DNA of 64,000 nt from positions 17,687,365 through 17,751,364 of the forward strand of contig NC_092678.1 of assembly GCF_964355755.1 (NCBI RefSeq), read 5' to 3'. The position numbers and the translations under genes are program-made. Positions within the stretch are counted from its first letter, which is position 1. Each line of letters opens with the position of its first letter. Below are positions 38,466-51,766 of this stretch, one piece after another. The notes below the pieces were generated by a model. It was not told where the DNA came from, made no database searches, and saw only the letters and a program-made list of their open reading frames with translations. The stretch is from Antedon mediterranea (taxonomy: Eukaryota > Animalia > Echinodermata).

Positions 38466-41029
38466 TATTTCCAAAGGCTCGGACATGTAAGAAGGGCCTT
38501 AAAAAACTGAATTGCTATATGTTAGACCACATTTCCATAACTTTTCAAAACTCATCGAACCCTGCTAGTAGGCCTAATTAATAGGAACGTATCGCCAAAT
38601 CATAAAAAAAAAAACAAAGCAAGATGTAATTAATCAAACAACGGCCAAAGAATACCAATGATTTTAATTTAGTTAATTTAATTACTACGGTGGTGGACTA
38701 TGCTTAGTTTGAAACTATAGTGACCATTTATTTTAGAAAGAAAGATAGAAAAAGTTGTTTTCATCTCCATGTTAATACCAAGGCACTTTTCAATTAAAAA
38801 ATCTGTCCTAGTATTCTTGCAATGTCGTCACAGCTCCAGTTACAAACGGTGATACAAAGTGTCAATCATTTGACCAGTGAACAGCCCCACTGGTAGGATA
38901 GTCTTTGAATCCATCCGTAAAACACATTAATCACTCACATCAGTCATTCCGCTAATGGTTGCGTCTAATGATGCATTCTATTCTATTCAGTTACAATTAG
39001 AAAGTTGATCCCTTGACCTATATTATTCAATATCTCTGCCATATTCTGTAACCGGCTGTCTGTACCGTCGTACATCTCACCGCACGCAGTTTAGTATGTC
39101 TTCCAGAAAAGGGCATCAATATTATGTGTAGGCCTATTGGTCATTTGCCAATAATTAAATACGAAATATTATAATATAATATAATATTATTTACATCTGA
39201 CCACAGAGCCTCGATAGCCAAACCAAACAATATTATAGGACTAAAAGTACAACAAAAAAACGTTAACGATTATATTTTCACAGCAATGATTTATTTAAAT
39301 CAAATATTAATAAATGTTCACAACAAAGTAAAGCTCGTGGTTCCCACAAGAGACGCAATGCAAGGAGGATAGGCCTATAGGTAGAAGCAAAGCAAGTGAG
39401 TTGACCAATCACACAAGCGACAGTAGAGTTCAAATAACCCATCGCTTGTAGGCTAATATTGGTTACATTGTTAACTTTTAATACTGATTTTATGTAAATG
39501 CAATACTTTCAGCTTGTGCTGATTTTTGTATATGTGTTTTTTATACCGAAAAAAATAAAAGTACATAGGCTGGATGCAAGTGAGTTGACCAATCACAAAA
39601 TAAATCACTTGTGATTGGTCACTAATGTTGCGCTCTGTGCATTGCGTCTCTGTAGTGGAACCAAGCATAATGTACCAAGCATGCAGTAATACTTTGTTCA
39701 CAGAATCTTCACCAGACTATACATTGATACGGTTATACCAATTAATCACAACATGTTAAAGCAAACAAAGTTATAGATCGGGGTTGATGAAATATGTCAT
39801 TATACCGGTACGCGTTTAATTTGTCCATTATAATGTTGTTGTTGTGGACAGTAAAACACCAATATTTATTTATTTTTATTCAAAAACTTTCCAACAGGAA
39901 CAATGTTCCCACTTACAGGTGATGTTATATAAAAAATAAAATATAAAATATATGTATATACTCAAAAGCACATTACTCCCATGACGGTATAATTATAATG
40001 GACAGATTCACCAACCCTATGGAAATTACATTATTACATTAAATCAACAACTCTTGTATGCTATAACTGTAACAATAAAATTCACAACAATTACATCAAT
40101 ATTTTTTAAAAGGCTAAATAAAATAAGTATTTAAGTTGTTTTAGTTTTTTTTTCTAAGGAAATAATTAGATGAGAATAAAGGCGGCTTCTCTCATATAGT
40201 GGACCGACCACAGTGTACACGGCAAGTAAGTAGCCTACCGTACTGTTTGTCTATTCGTCAGTATTGGTCATATTATCCGATATATTTTGGTACCAACAAC
40301 GTTAAACGAACGATAGAGGTCATTGGTCAATTATCACTAAATTACTGAATTTCCACTATAATAACTATATATCTCGTCACCCAAACAAATCTTGAAGCAG
40401 ATTCATGTTTATGTTCATGTTAACACATTCGTTATACGCATACAGTATTATCAACTAAGGTATTAACATTAACACTTATTTAGCGATATACATTATAGAT
40501 GATAAGCACATAATCAGCGGCGCTTCACATACTGTAATAATATTATTTGAAATAAAAAGGTTTTAATTGATTTTTAAATTGTTAATTTATATAGATTATA
40601 GTAATCCACATTGTTAATGTTACTTGGCAAATTGCAACGGAAAACGAGCGGTCAGCAAATATTTTCGCATAACATCCGTTGCACTGCCAAACCGACCCTC
40701 TAGAAAAAAAAGCCTAAACTATCTTAAAAATAAGCCAGATAATCCCATGGGGCTTTAAATCGATGGTGGGCCTCTTTTCGAGATTACCTTTTCAAAATAC
40801 AGAGTGGCTTCTTTTTCATTTGTTATTTTTTGGAGGTGGGCTTCAATCTTTACGAGGTCGGCTAGCCCACGTCAGCTCTTGAAATTCGTTTTTCTTTAAA
40901 AAGGAATTTCATCAGTCGGGATCGAGATACAAACAAATAGTATTTGTTTGATATGGCCTATGAAATATTCATAATAATAACTTTATCTTCATTTTAATGA
41001 AAAGCCATTATTAATTATAATAATATAGT

Positions 41030-42060
41030 ATACTTTATCTATCAAATCTTACTTATAACTAATACAATGTGACAACACTAATACAATTCACCAAACAACA
41101 TCCATGTATAGGTATAATGAAATAAGCCAACATCAATTGAAATATAACAACATCGTATCTACCAAATCTTACATAAAACTAATACAATCCACCAAACTAC
41201 ATCGATAAATGTATAGGTTATATTAATGAAAAAGCCAATATCAATTGAAATAAAACACAATCTTATCTACCAAATCTTACATAAAACTAATACAATCCAC
41301 CAAACAACATCGATAAATGTATAGGTTATATTAATGAAATAAGCCAACATCAATTGAAATAAAAACTACATTTTATCTACTAAATCTTACATAAAACTAA
41401 TACAATCCACCAAACTACATCGATAAATGTATAGGTTATATTAATGAAAAAGCCAACATCAATTGAAATAAAACACAATCTTATCTACCAAATCTTATAT
41501 AAAACTAATACAATCCACCAAACAACATCGATAAATGTATAGATTATATTAATGAAATAAGCCAACATCAATTGAAATAAATACTACATTTCATCTACTA
41601 AATCTTACATAACACTAATACAATCCACCTAACTACGTCCATAAATGTATAGGTTATATTAATGAAATAAGCCAACATCAATTGAAATAAATACTACATT
41701 TTATCTACTAAATCTTACATAACACTAATACAATCCACCAAACTACATCCATAAATGTATAGATTATATTAATGAAATAAGCCAACATCATTTGAAATAA
41801 AAAATAAATTTTATCTACTAAATCTTACATAAAACTAACAAAATCCACCAAACTACATCGATAAATGTATAGGTTATATTAATGAAATAAGCCAACATCA
41901 TTTGAAATAAATACTACATTTTATCTACCAAATCTTAAATAAAACTAATCCACAAAAGTACTGTAAATCGATAAATGTAAATGTTTAATATTAATGAAAA
42001 AGCCAACATTATATACACTGAAATAAAACAACAACTTATCTACCAAATCCACCAAACTAC
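41030..42060. repeat. Tandem satellite, about 9 copies of a 108-110-bp unit
   Basis: ATCTTA anchor at 41166, 41274, 41384, 41492, 41602, 41712, 41822 and 41932. Confidence 0.93.
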
Positions 42061-43245
42061 AATGTACATCAATACGTTTAACCGTAAAACTTTAAAAAGA
42101 AGCTCATGGGCTTCTTCTTTATTAGGGCTCTTGGCTGGGCTTCTTTTCAAGATTACTTTTACAAATGAGAGCGACTTTGAAATGAATTAGCATGCTGAAA
42201 TGTTGTCAATTGCTACTACTGTACAACAATACGGATGTTTTTACATTTTAAATATTTGCAGACAAGAAGAAGATACAATGAAAGTGTAAGTGTCAATCCT
42301 ATCTTTATTATGTGTTGTGCCTGTGTTTGTATATACTTAACTAACCGTCACACTTCAGTGATTCTATTGTGATGGGTATCAACACAAGCACAGCACAACC
42401 ATATGGTTTATGCAAATTAGACCTATTTATTATGTATACTTGTGCAGTGTTCTTTTGTAATATGTAGCTTGTTGAGTAGATACAAGTACAGCTTAGCCGG
42501 AAGATGGACTGAGGTTTAGAGGCTTAAAGAAGCCTAGAGTTAGAGTGAGGGCTGGATTAAAGGGTTTATTTAGAAGCATGAAACTGCTGAATGACCTACA
42601 GTAGTAGTATAAGTCTTATGTAGTCCACAGCTGAGCTAGAAAAAGCACGTGTTTGTATTATATTCACTTTATAGGAATATCATTATATCGTTGTATTTAT
42701 GGTATAACCAATGGTTATGTATTTCTCAAAATAAAGTTTGTTATTTATTTGTAGTAAATTGGATCGATATATGGATTTCCGGATAGAAACAGAAAGATGG
42801 AATTAAAGTCTGCAGTATTGAATATTGTTTTGTGCAGAATTACATGAAGTACGGTAGCATTTGGAAAAAACAATCATTGTACAATAAATATATGAGGCTT
42901 GATTGTTGTGATAATGAAGTGTTGTAAAGTCATTAATGCAAAATTGAATATGCAATAACAAAAACATTTAGAAAACAATAAACTGCAAAAATAATTGATA
43001 TAAACACGATTAAATTATTAGTCTTCGTCTGGAAATTTCAGAGGAAACCTTGTTTTTAAGTTTTACGAGTTGTACACAAAGCGTTATCGACAAACAGTGT
43101 ATTTCCGCAACAATTACTATGGAAAGCAGAGCGTGTCTGCCACTTCCGCTAACCAGAAGCCGATGGCCAGGATGAAAGTATCCATGGCCATCTTGGTTGT
43201 AACGTTGTTAACGGAATATGCTTTATCGCCTTCTCAGTTCAGAAA

Positions 43246-43259
43246 TCAGGAGCCATCGT
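43246..43259 (-). CDS. Locus B putative terminal coding exon (DDGS-stop)
   Basis: Strong acceptor ttttttcttctgcag at 43260. In the incoming phase 1 it reads DDGS then TGA, and the other frames also stop quickly. Confidence 0.35.
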
Positions 43260-43799
43260 CTGCAGAAGAAAAAAACGTAAAAACAATTATTAAAAATGGA
43301 AAGAAAATTAGTTGTTGTTTCCGATAATCATAATGCGTTTCTTTTCAAACGGGGTAGTGGGATATTCCTGAGGAAATGATCGGCCTCGTTTGGGATTTTT
43401 ACTATTGCCGACATGTTCACATGCAAACTAGATAGGCCTAAGTGCCAAGCCGGTTCACACTGAGACACGTCCCGCGAAAAGATTCGCCCGAAGCTAGACA
43501 AAGTTCTATCGATTTTGCGAGTTGCAAATTCACCGGCGTTCAACATAGGCATGGGAACGGTGAGACGAAGGGCAATTGACCTCCCAAAACTTAAATCATG
43601 GGATGGAAAATAGAAATAGCATTTTAAAGAGATTTCTTCTCAACAACATATTCTTATAACTCCTTTCGCTCTGGAATACAAATAGGCCTATGATAATAAT
43701 AATAACAGCCAAGGCGTTTGAAGCGAGAAAGGGATTTCTGTAAAATGCTTCTGAATGTGTAAAACTTAATGGAATTGGTATTTAAGAATGTCCTTTTAC

Positions 43800-43839
43800 C
43801 CGTCACATTAATGCAATAACTGCTTAAAAGATATAACAA
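43800..43839 (-). CDS. Locus B short hinge exon (LLYLLSSYCINVT)
   Basis: 40 bp, ttttttcag acceptor, G|gtaaaa donor. Phase 0 to 1 is compatible with the preceding exon. Confidence 0.5.
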
Positions 43840-44032
43840 CTGAAAAAACCCACAATTTTGTTTTTTCTATAATATACAGAGAATAATAGAGACCGTTTAA
43901 AGTGTAGGCCTACAGCAGAATGAAATAAAAGACCAAAAAAAAAGAAGAATAAAATATTACTTAGTTAGGTGGATTGTCAGTGTTAAGGTAAGATAACACA
44001 GTGCTGTGTATTTATATGCTACTGTACAATAC

Positions 44033-44186
44033 CGTAAAATCATCTGTGCTTCTTGTCGAATCCATCGGACACATCAACTGTCGGAATTTTCCCTTTAATA
44101 TATCTTTACATTCTGCAAGGGTAACTCTCGGATAGCAGATTTCAATTTTATAAACAAGGCAGCAAATTCGGTGATGATCCGATCGC
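44033..44186 (-). CDS. Locus B LRR C-cap/hinge exon (RSDHHRICCLVYKIEICYPRVTLAECKDIL...DDFT)
   Basis: Open in phase 2 after the last LRR. The LxSDxxRxCC motif resembles the LGR/GRL101 hinge. The acceptor (aaatag) and donor (gtattg) are weak. Confidence 0.65.
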
Positions 44187-45035
44187 CTATTTTTGGTGAT
44201 GTATAAATAAAAACATGATATTTATTCACTTTGACCATGGATCAAGAAAAAAAACATTTTCCTGAACAAACTGTAATTTATAGCCTAAAATTATGACAAG
44301 CCTCAGCTGTCTGAAGTATTCGAAATATTATATTATTATATCATTTTTTATTATATTATATATTGTATTGTAATGAATTATACGTTTTGCATTATATTAC
44401 TTGGTTTTAGCGTTATATTATATCTATTTCTAATATATTATGTGAAAAATGTAACAAATTATTGACGTTTTGTATTATATTATTTGGTTTTAGCATTATA
44501 TTATGAACATTTACTATTAAATAAAATGCATTATATTATAATATAATTGTATTATATTAAATAGTATATTAAATAATATTTCTAAACAAACTGTAATTTA
44601 TAGCCAAAAATTCAGATTGGCGTTTATGTTTTATAAGTGAAAACATTTGTTTTTTTTTCTTTATTTTTAGTAGTAAACTTTATTAAAACTACAAATGGCC
44701 TATTCATTTTTTATGTTTTTTTGGACAATACACATATTATCGAAATATCTTGCCATATCGACATAGTAATTCGATAATGATGTCTTACCTGAATATACGT
44801 TCGTACTTTTAAGTCGATTTTATTTAATTACATTTAAATTATTTTATATTTTATGCGGAATTCATGTTTTTAAGTTAATATGATGGAAGTATGTGACCAT
44901 CGGATAAATAATCAATATCAATGTAAACTTTATACCAACTTGTAGGTTCATGTTTTTTTATATTAATTGTATATATTAATAAATTGCACACTTTTGACGA
45001 TGATCTTAGCTTTAAAAAACCAGGTGAATACTTAC

Positions 45036-45107
45036 AATTCGTTTATGTTGATCAAGTTTTCAAAAGTACTATCTTTGTAATTTTTTAATTCGTTGCCTAC
45101 TATCCAA
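45036..45107 (-). CDS. Locus B last LRR exon (WIVGNELKNYKDSTFENLINIEL-like; exact WIVGNELKNYKDSTFENLININEL)
   Basis: 72 bp, poly-T-gcag acceptor, gtaagt donor, phase 2-2. Confidence 0.85.
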
Positions 45108-46270
45108 CTGCAAAAAAAAAATATTTTAAAATAAAAATTAGTAAACGATTCAGTGGTATTAGGTCATGAAGACATTTCTCATTCTTATGTCTTTAGTGGT
45201 TTACCCTGTTCGTTTACTAACTTGAAACGTAACGCACGGACGCTGTAAGTAAATTGACAAATTACGACATAAAAATAGGTCATCCAAACTGTTGCTTGTG
45301 ATCTCATTTGCGTTTTCTCTATATCTGGGGTAGTATGTACATTTTATCCACAAATTATTGTTTGCTACTCGGCAAGGTAAGGCATACTTCTTGTTATCAT
45401 TGTTTCCGTCAGTTCATTTTAGATATTATATCTAAGCCTATATTACTATTATATTTGCAATAATTTAAACTAATTTCTTTACAAAACAGACAGATTTAAC
45501 TACACGTTATGACGTCAAACTGTAATTTAAATATGCTAATAATTATACTTATAACATTTATCATATCATTTGTTATATCTATCCGTGCTATCACTTAGAA
45601 TATATTATGAGGCTTCAAGTGGTAAATGGCGGTCATTTTGAATGTATGTTAATTAACCCAATTTCTTTTTGGTAAACTTTAGATATGATGTTCATTTGGA
45701 CCATATAAAGCAAACAAAACCAAACACCATTGTTGTTGCAATTTGTTCTAATGTTGACTTATCTTTACTGGACAAAGATACAATGACCTCATGGCAATGT
45801 TTTAAAGACGCCGTTGTGTGCCCATATGCGGGTTCATGTCTATGACCAGGGGACACTGTGTTAAATATGGCAAACATCATATTTGAAAAAGAAAGCAATG
45901 TTTAGTGATAGAAAGGAAACTGCATGTGTTGTGTATTGCTTTTAGACATAAACAGGTACCACAGTACGAGAATTGCAGGGTGTCCAACGGACGAGTACCA
46001 TGTATGTATATCGAAAACAAAGCTATTATAAAATGTATTTTACAGACTATGTCTATGACACATAATCTGTTGTATGACAAGAATTAATGAATAAGTCCGA
46101 TAATTGTACAGAGCATCAAACAACTACATGCAGATTATTAAACATTTTGACAAACATAGCGTTTCATACGTATGGTACGTGTACACACTATATAGAAAAC
46201 ATCGAAACGCGACAACAGAAAAAAAGACAATAACAGAGACTTGGGACAAGTCTATAGAGTATTAACTTAC

Positions 46271-46345
46271 AGTTTTGAAAGTGATGAAGCAAAAGCAGAA
46301 AATGCACCTTGATCTATGGTAGTTATATTGTTATAGTGTAAATAC
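46271..46345 (-). CDS. Locus B 75-bp LRR exon (YLHYNNITTIDQGAFSAFASSLSKL)
   Basis: tttttgcag acceptor, gtaagt donor, phase 2-2. Confidence 0.87.
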
Positions 46346-47327
46346 CTGCAAAAATTGAAAAAAAAAGAAACACATTTCAAACGGATTGACTTAAAACAAT
46401 ATTAATAATAATACTGTGCAATAATACAATAAATAGATAACCACTACATTTGTCTGCTATATTTCACAGTACAGTTATTTGTATTCAATATTTCAGTGGG
46501 CAATTTAGACTTCGTTTGGCACTCGAAACAATGTCAAATGAAAGGCAAGCTAATATTGCCATGAGGAGGTGCAAATCTGAGGGAGAGGGGAAAATATAAT
46601 GTGTACAAACAGATATCACCTCACCTTTATTTATAAAACTTGAAAATCAGAAAAAAGGGGAGAAGGTAGTGTATTATTTGTGGTTGTTGCCAGATGCCTA
46701 AACTCTAGAAAATGATAAATTAAGTTTATCTTACGGACGGATAACGCTAATAATAACATTTATTAATTCATAGTTATGCTTTATAGCTTTGTGAGGTTTT
46801 TTTTCGTGCACTTAGAAGAACTTATTTAAAGTGCATTTTAAGTATTGTTTTTCTTCTAGATTATTTCAGTCATCACAATAGTTAATGTTTGTTTTATTTG
46901 GAGGTTCAGACTTAAACACAAAGTACAAATGTATATAGTGCACTATGCTGTGTGAAATAAAACTGAAACTGAATGTACGTACCACCACATTAGGTACGGT
47001 AACCGATGCGCCCTCATTATGACGTTTTTTATAAGAAAAAGATACAAACCATGTGTTGCGCGTGCGAATAAAGAACAAGTGCAGCTATTCCACCGTACGG
47101 AGGGAAAGATAACCAATGCCTCTCATAATAACATTATTTTTCATTTAATAATATTTACTAATAATGATAATAACAACTCGATTTTAACTCGTCACTATGA
47201 ACGAGTTAGGTTATCCGCAGCGCAAACGCCACGTGCACGTCATACTTTAGAATATTGCGCACACAGAAAAACGATTATGCCATTGAAAAAATGTTAGTGT
47301 GCTCTCTATTATATGTCACGTCTAAGT

Positions 47328-48429
47328 CAGGGCCGTAGCCAGGATCTGTCAAGGGGGGGTTCGCACACTAAGTATTTGGGTCACCCCCCACCCCCATCAT
47401 ACCTACCCCACCCCCCCCACCCCCATCATACCTACCCCCCCTGGGGTGGGGCCTGAGGCGAAGCAAATTTTGTTAAATGACACCCCTAGATGGCCGGAAA
47501 AGACACTCTCATGCAGCATGCTACCAATGAGCAAAACGATCGTACTTGGACTCGTGGACTATTTAAACGATAACATTTGTTGCCGTATGTTAGATGCGCG
47601 TGCTCTGTGCGGAACCGCCGATTGTTTGATCATTTACTCGATATTTTGTTTTGCGTTCAATTTCAATGCGAACGTACGTCTAGGAGAAGCCCCGAAAAAA
47701 ACACACTGGGTGAAGGCAAATGCAATTCTTATTATAGCTCTATCTATAATATTTATCTACAGCAATTTGTTGAGGAAATTAAATATGCCAATGTAAATAG
47801 GTGATATTAATACATTTGAGTACGTATCGGCTGTGGTCTAGAAAAAAATAATCGGATGCCATAATGTGAACTACAGTACATGATACCATAGATATTATAG
47901 TGTAAAATATTAATATTCACTATAATCCTCTATGATACATTATACTTCATAGCCACACATAAATACTGATGATATGTCGGAAGGCTATATACTTTATGCA
48001 TGCTGCCTGACTGCCAGTGATCTAAACAATTGGTACGCAGTTGTCTGGCGGTGTCCTTTGTACGAATCGTTCGTCCCCCAGCTCGCTGTGAGACGCGTCA
48101 ATATCATGTTACATGCAGGGACCAAACATTTATTTTTCAACGTTAAAATCGGCAATTCATTTGCAACTCTTTACAGACTAATCGCTCGAAGTACGCTCAT
48201 ACAGGGAAGAAGGTACTGTATGAGTTATTCCGAACGAGTTTACAAATTTTTTAATTTACGAACAACTTTTTGTACTGTGGGGGCACGTATTTGGACGATT
48301 TTCGGAGATGAGGGTGAGGTATTGGGCATGTCGGAGATGGGGGCTCGCAGTCGGTTAAGGGGGTTCCGCTGTAAAGGGGGGGGGGGGGATTCGCCCGAAC
48401 CATAAAAACCCCCCCTGGCTACGGGCCTG
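47328..48429. mobile_element. Non-autonomous hAT-like element with a 5-bp TSD
   Basis: TIR CAGGGCCGTAGCCAGG/CCTGGCTACGGGCCTG and TSD TAAGT. The empty site GTCTAAGTATATAG is in the paralogous unit near 53286. Confidence 0.88.
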
Positions 48430-49437
48430 TAAGTATATAGAGTATACACTATATATCTGAATACGTACTACAACCAGTGCAGAATAGGTGAAAATACCGG
48501 GACCCGCTTTGTCATCCAATTTTTACCATGATGATGTCATCAACATGAAACACGTAGATAGCAATTTTGGAAAGAAATTATCTGAGCAACAACATATCGT
48601 GTTGAATAAATTTGGATACGTAGAATACGGAAGCGCGCTCTTTTAAATGTCATGAACTATGACGCAAAATATGAAATTACGACTTTTATAATTGAACTGG
48701 CCATATGATGACGTCACAACATCCGATTCGCATAATTTGTACATGATTTCCAGCTTCCAGAAAACGTTTTAATCATGTGTATCACTTTTTATTCTGAGGA
48801 GCTATAATAAATATAAATTTATTGGAACGCTTTTGAACATGATGAAATCATCACAATTTTAAAAATTGTAAATCATGCGAAAGATAATTGATTGACCTAG
48901 ACAATATAAAAAATGGTGGGAAATGGAATATGGATAAGTGGAGATGCGTTCTATTAAATGTGAGGAGCTATGACAAAAGAGACAAACATCCTATATTTTA
49001 TATTCGAGTGGCCATACGATGACGTCACAATGTCTAGTTAGCCATATTGATACATGATCCGATATCAACAACTCATCTACTTCCAGAATATGTAAAAAAA
49101 TAAACTTCACCATGTAGTTTAGAAACTATGACTGTTTAAAAAAAGGCATAATTATGACGATTTATTTTACTTTTTCAGCAAAAACGAGCGCAAATTGTCC
49201 AATTCGACGTGCTCGTATGACGTGTTTTAAGTCGAAATTGTTTGAAAGCTGGTAAAATTACTAGAAAATGCTAGAAAAACATAAATCACGCGAACAAAAT
49301 AACATTTACTAATAATGATAATAATAATTATACGAATAGGAAAAAGGGTAAAAAATAAAATAATATGACAATAAGTGTGGTTATATTACAACGAAAATAT
49401 ACTATTTTCAAAAGTATTATAAACAAGTGAAACATTC

Positions 49438-49483
49438 GAACACATTTGCTGGTAATGTTGTTATTTGGTTATAGGACAACGAT
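49438..49483 (-). pseudogene. Truncated LRR cassette (SLSYNQITTLPANVF), 3' third and donor deleted
   Basis: Intact ttttcag acceptor. The alignment to 61161-61232 shows the deletion. Confidence 0.8.
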
Positions 49484-49641
49484 CTGAAAAGCGTGAAAAA
49501 TGCAATAAATAAGTTTAGTTTTGGATGAATATTCTTTCTTTGCAAAGGATAAAAAATGAAATTATGTGACGACAATAAGTGTGGTTTTATTACAACGAAA
49601 ATATACTATTTTCAAAAGTATTATAAACAAGTGAAACATTC

Positions 49642-49687
49642 GAACACATTTGCTGGTAATGTTGTTATTTGGTTATTGGCAAACCAC
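49642..49687 (-). pseudogene. Truncated LRR cassette (WFANNQITTLPANVF) with the same deletion
   Basis: Lies 204 bp from the previous cassette with an identical deletion junction AAACATTCGAACAC. Confidence 0.8.
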
Positions 49688-51508
49688 CTGAAAATTGTGA
49701 AAAATTTAATAAATAATATATACAGTACCAAGGGATAGGATGATAAAACATTATATATTTTATATATAATTTAGAAAAACAAACAAAACATAACAATAAA
49801 TATCTTATTGTGCCAGCAGAGGTCAAGTCCAATTAGGCGTGTCACTCCAGAAGTGAAACCATTACAAGGTATATACAAGGACATACTAATACTTGTTTAA
49901 TGTTACTTTAGCTCGTATTATCATTATTTGCATGTTTTAGCTGTTTTTCATTAACTTCTTCTACATGATATATAATTATGTTTTATCTATATTTTACTGT
50001 AATCATGTTGTACTTTGCATATCATATGATGACATAGATCAATATCTACGATACAATACAACCGTTAAATGACGATGATCCATGTGTTCTGCTATATTTT
50101 TACGTTTCGTTATGGCCGCCGATGGTGCTACAGTAACTGAATTAAATAGTCTTGAGTTCGCATAAACAATGCCAAAATAGAAAAACTCAAAAAGAGCAAA
50201 AAGAAAGATATTACATTTGAACGTATTACGCATGAAAGAGACATATTTCATTGAAGTATTAATTCCTAAAATAAAATAATTGTTTTTATGAGGAAAAGAG
50301 TTAAACTGACGTTTTCATGAGAGGAAGATATATAATATTTGTTCCTCGTGCAAAATAAGCTTATTACAACACTATTACACTAAAGTATAAATTTACACTT
50401 AACTGTGCTTTAAAATAAACATAATTAAAAGCATTAAACAGTATAGGCCTAATAGTTCACCCGAAAAAAATTTCAGATTTGTCCAAATTCCTTTAAAAAA
50501 ATCTGACAAATATAAACATGAAGAAATAAAAAACAATGTCGTTAATATAAATCAGACTTAAGAATAATGAAATCAATTTTCGATAATCATAAGGACGAGT
50601 TCTCGAATGATTCTCTCATTTGTGCCCATGGAATTGATATTTCCTAAGTTCACCTAACTACGGAGGAATAACGCATTTATATTATGATTACATTAATCAT
50701 AATGTTTAATGATGCTGTGTTATCGAATTGTCTATGTTACTGGAGAAATCGGGATACAGTACCGATAATCAGGTGTGTTAGACCAGAATACGTTACTCTG
50801 GCTTAAAATGGAGGTCTTTGCTTTAACCACGTTCTGAAATGTGTCTGTAAGATTATGTTAGGCAAAAAAAAAACACCTTGTATACCATAGCAGCCTGGTG
50901 TAGAGACCTATGTATTGCCTTCGCTAAATCCTTTCTTAAACTTGTTCCCACTTATACCTTCTAGAGGAATGTTATCCATAGATATAACCCTAATATACTG
51001 CTGATTGGATTCGTCATATTATAATTGTAACACAATGTGTCATAAGAACTGTTCGTTATACCATGGTAGTATGTGGTGCAATTAATTAAAGAATTATATG
51101 ATTTGTAAATAGTTTACACAAAGTGCAACACAGTGTGACGTGTTATCTGCTACAATATCTAATGATGACACATTTTTAATAATTATGTAAATTCTCATTT
51201 AATAAAACACTTATAATAACAAATTACCGTATTAAACGTACAAATCAAAGTATACAAACAATACAGTACCAACGGAAATTACGATAAAAAAGTATCTATT
51301 TTTTAATTTCGAAATACAAAGAAAAAATAACAACAAAATCTCTATATTGTGCCAACAGAGGCCAACAAGACTTATGTCCAATTAGGCGTGTCACTCTGAC
51401 AGTGAAACAATTACAAGGTATAATTGATATAATACTAATGTAATGTTACTTTATCTCGTATTATCATTATTTGCATGTTTTAGCTGTTTTTCATTAACTG
51501 TCTTTGCA

Positions 51509-51766
51509 ACCATCCTCTTCATAAGGATATTATCGGCTCCGTTATCGTTAGAAGTGGTAGGATGAGGACGGTGAATGCGCAGACGGACCGTTACAAGTAC
51601 TCGTTCTACCCAGCTGGGATAAGGCATTATAACAAAACATTTGTTAGATAGTCCTCGTTATATTTATATTTATTTTAGGCAAGCCAATGTTTATGAGCAC
51701 TGTAATTTCCATTATTATTTTGGACAATAAATGAATCTGTATCTGTATCTGTATCTGTATCTGTAT
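51509..51766 (+). mobile_element. 3' end of a Rex1/Babar- or L2-group LINE
   Basis: HPLHKD..RSGRMRTVNAQTDRYKYSFYPAGIRHYN, AATAAA and an (ATCTGT)n tail. Absent from the paralog near 1100. Confidence 0.8.

Noticed and set aside
38800-39120. Coding-like minus-strand stretch considered as the missing 7TM exon
   Set aside because: It contains stops, is not hydrophobic and has no GPCR motifs.
41030-42060. Regular array that could be taken for CRISPR
   Set aside because: Whole units repeat with no unique spacers, no cas genes are present and the context is eukaryotic.
42262-42285. Possible plus-strand 24-bp micro-exon (ttgcag...gtaag)
   Set aside because: No partner exons or recognisable product. 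Such sites arise by chance in AT-rich DNA.
43070-43327. Plus-strand ORF with hydrophobic MARMKVSMAILVVTLL (signal peptide or GPCR TM6-like)
   Set aside because: It is on the opposite strand to the LRR locus, has no supporting splice partners or further TM segments, and overlaps a strong minus-strand acceptor.
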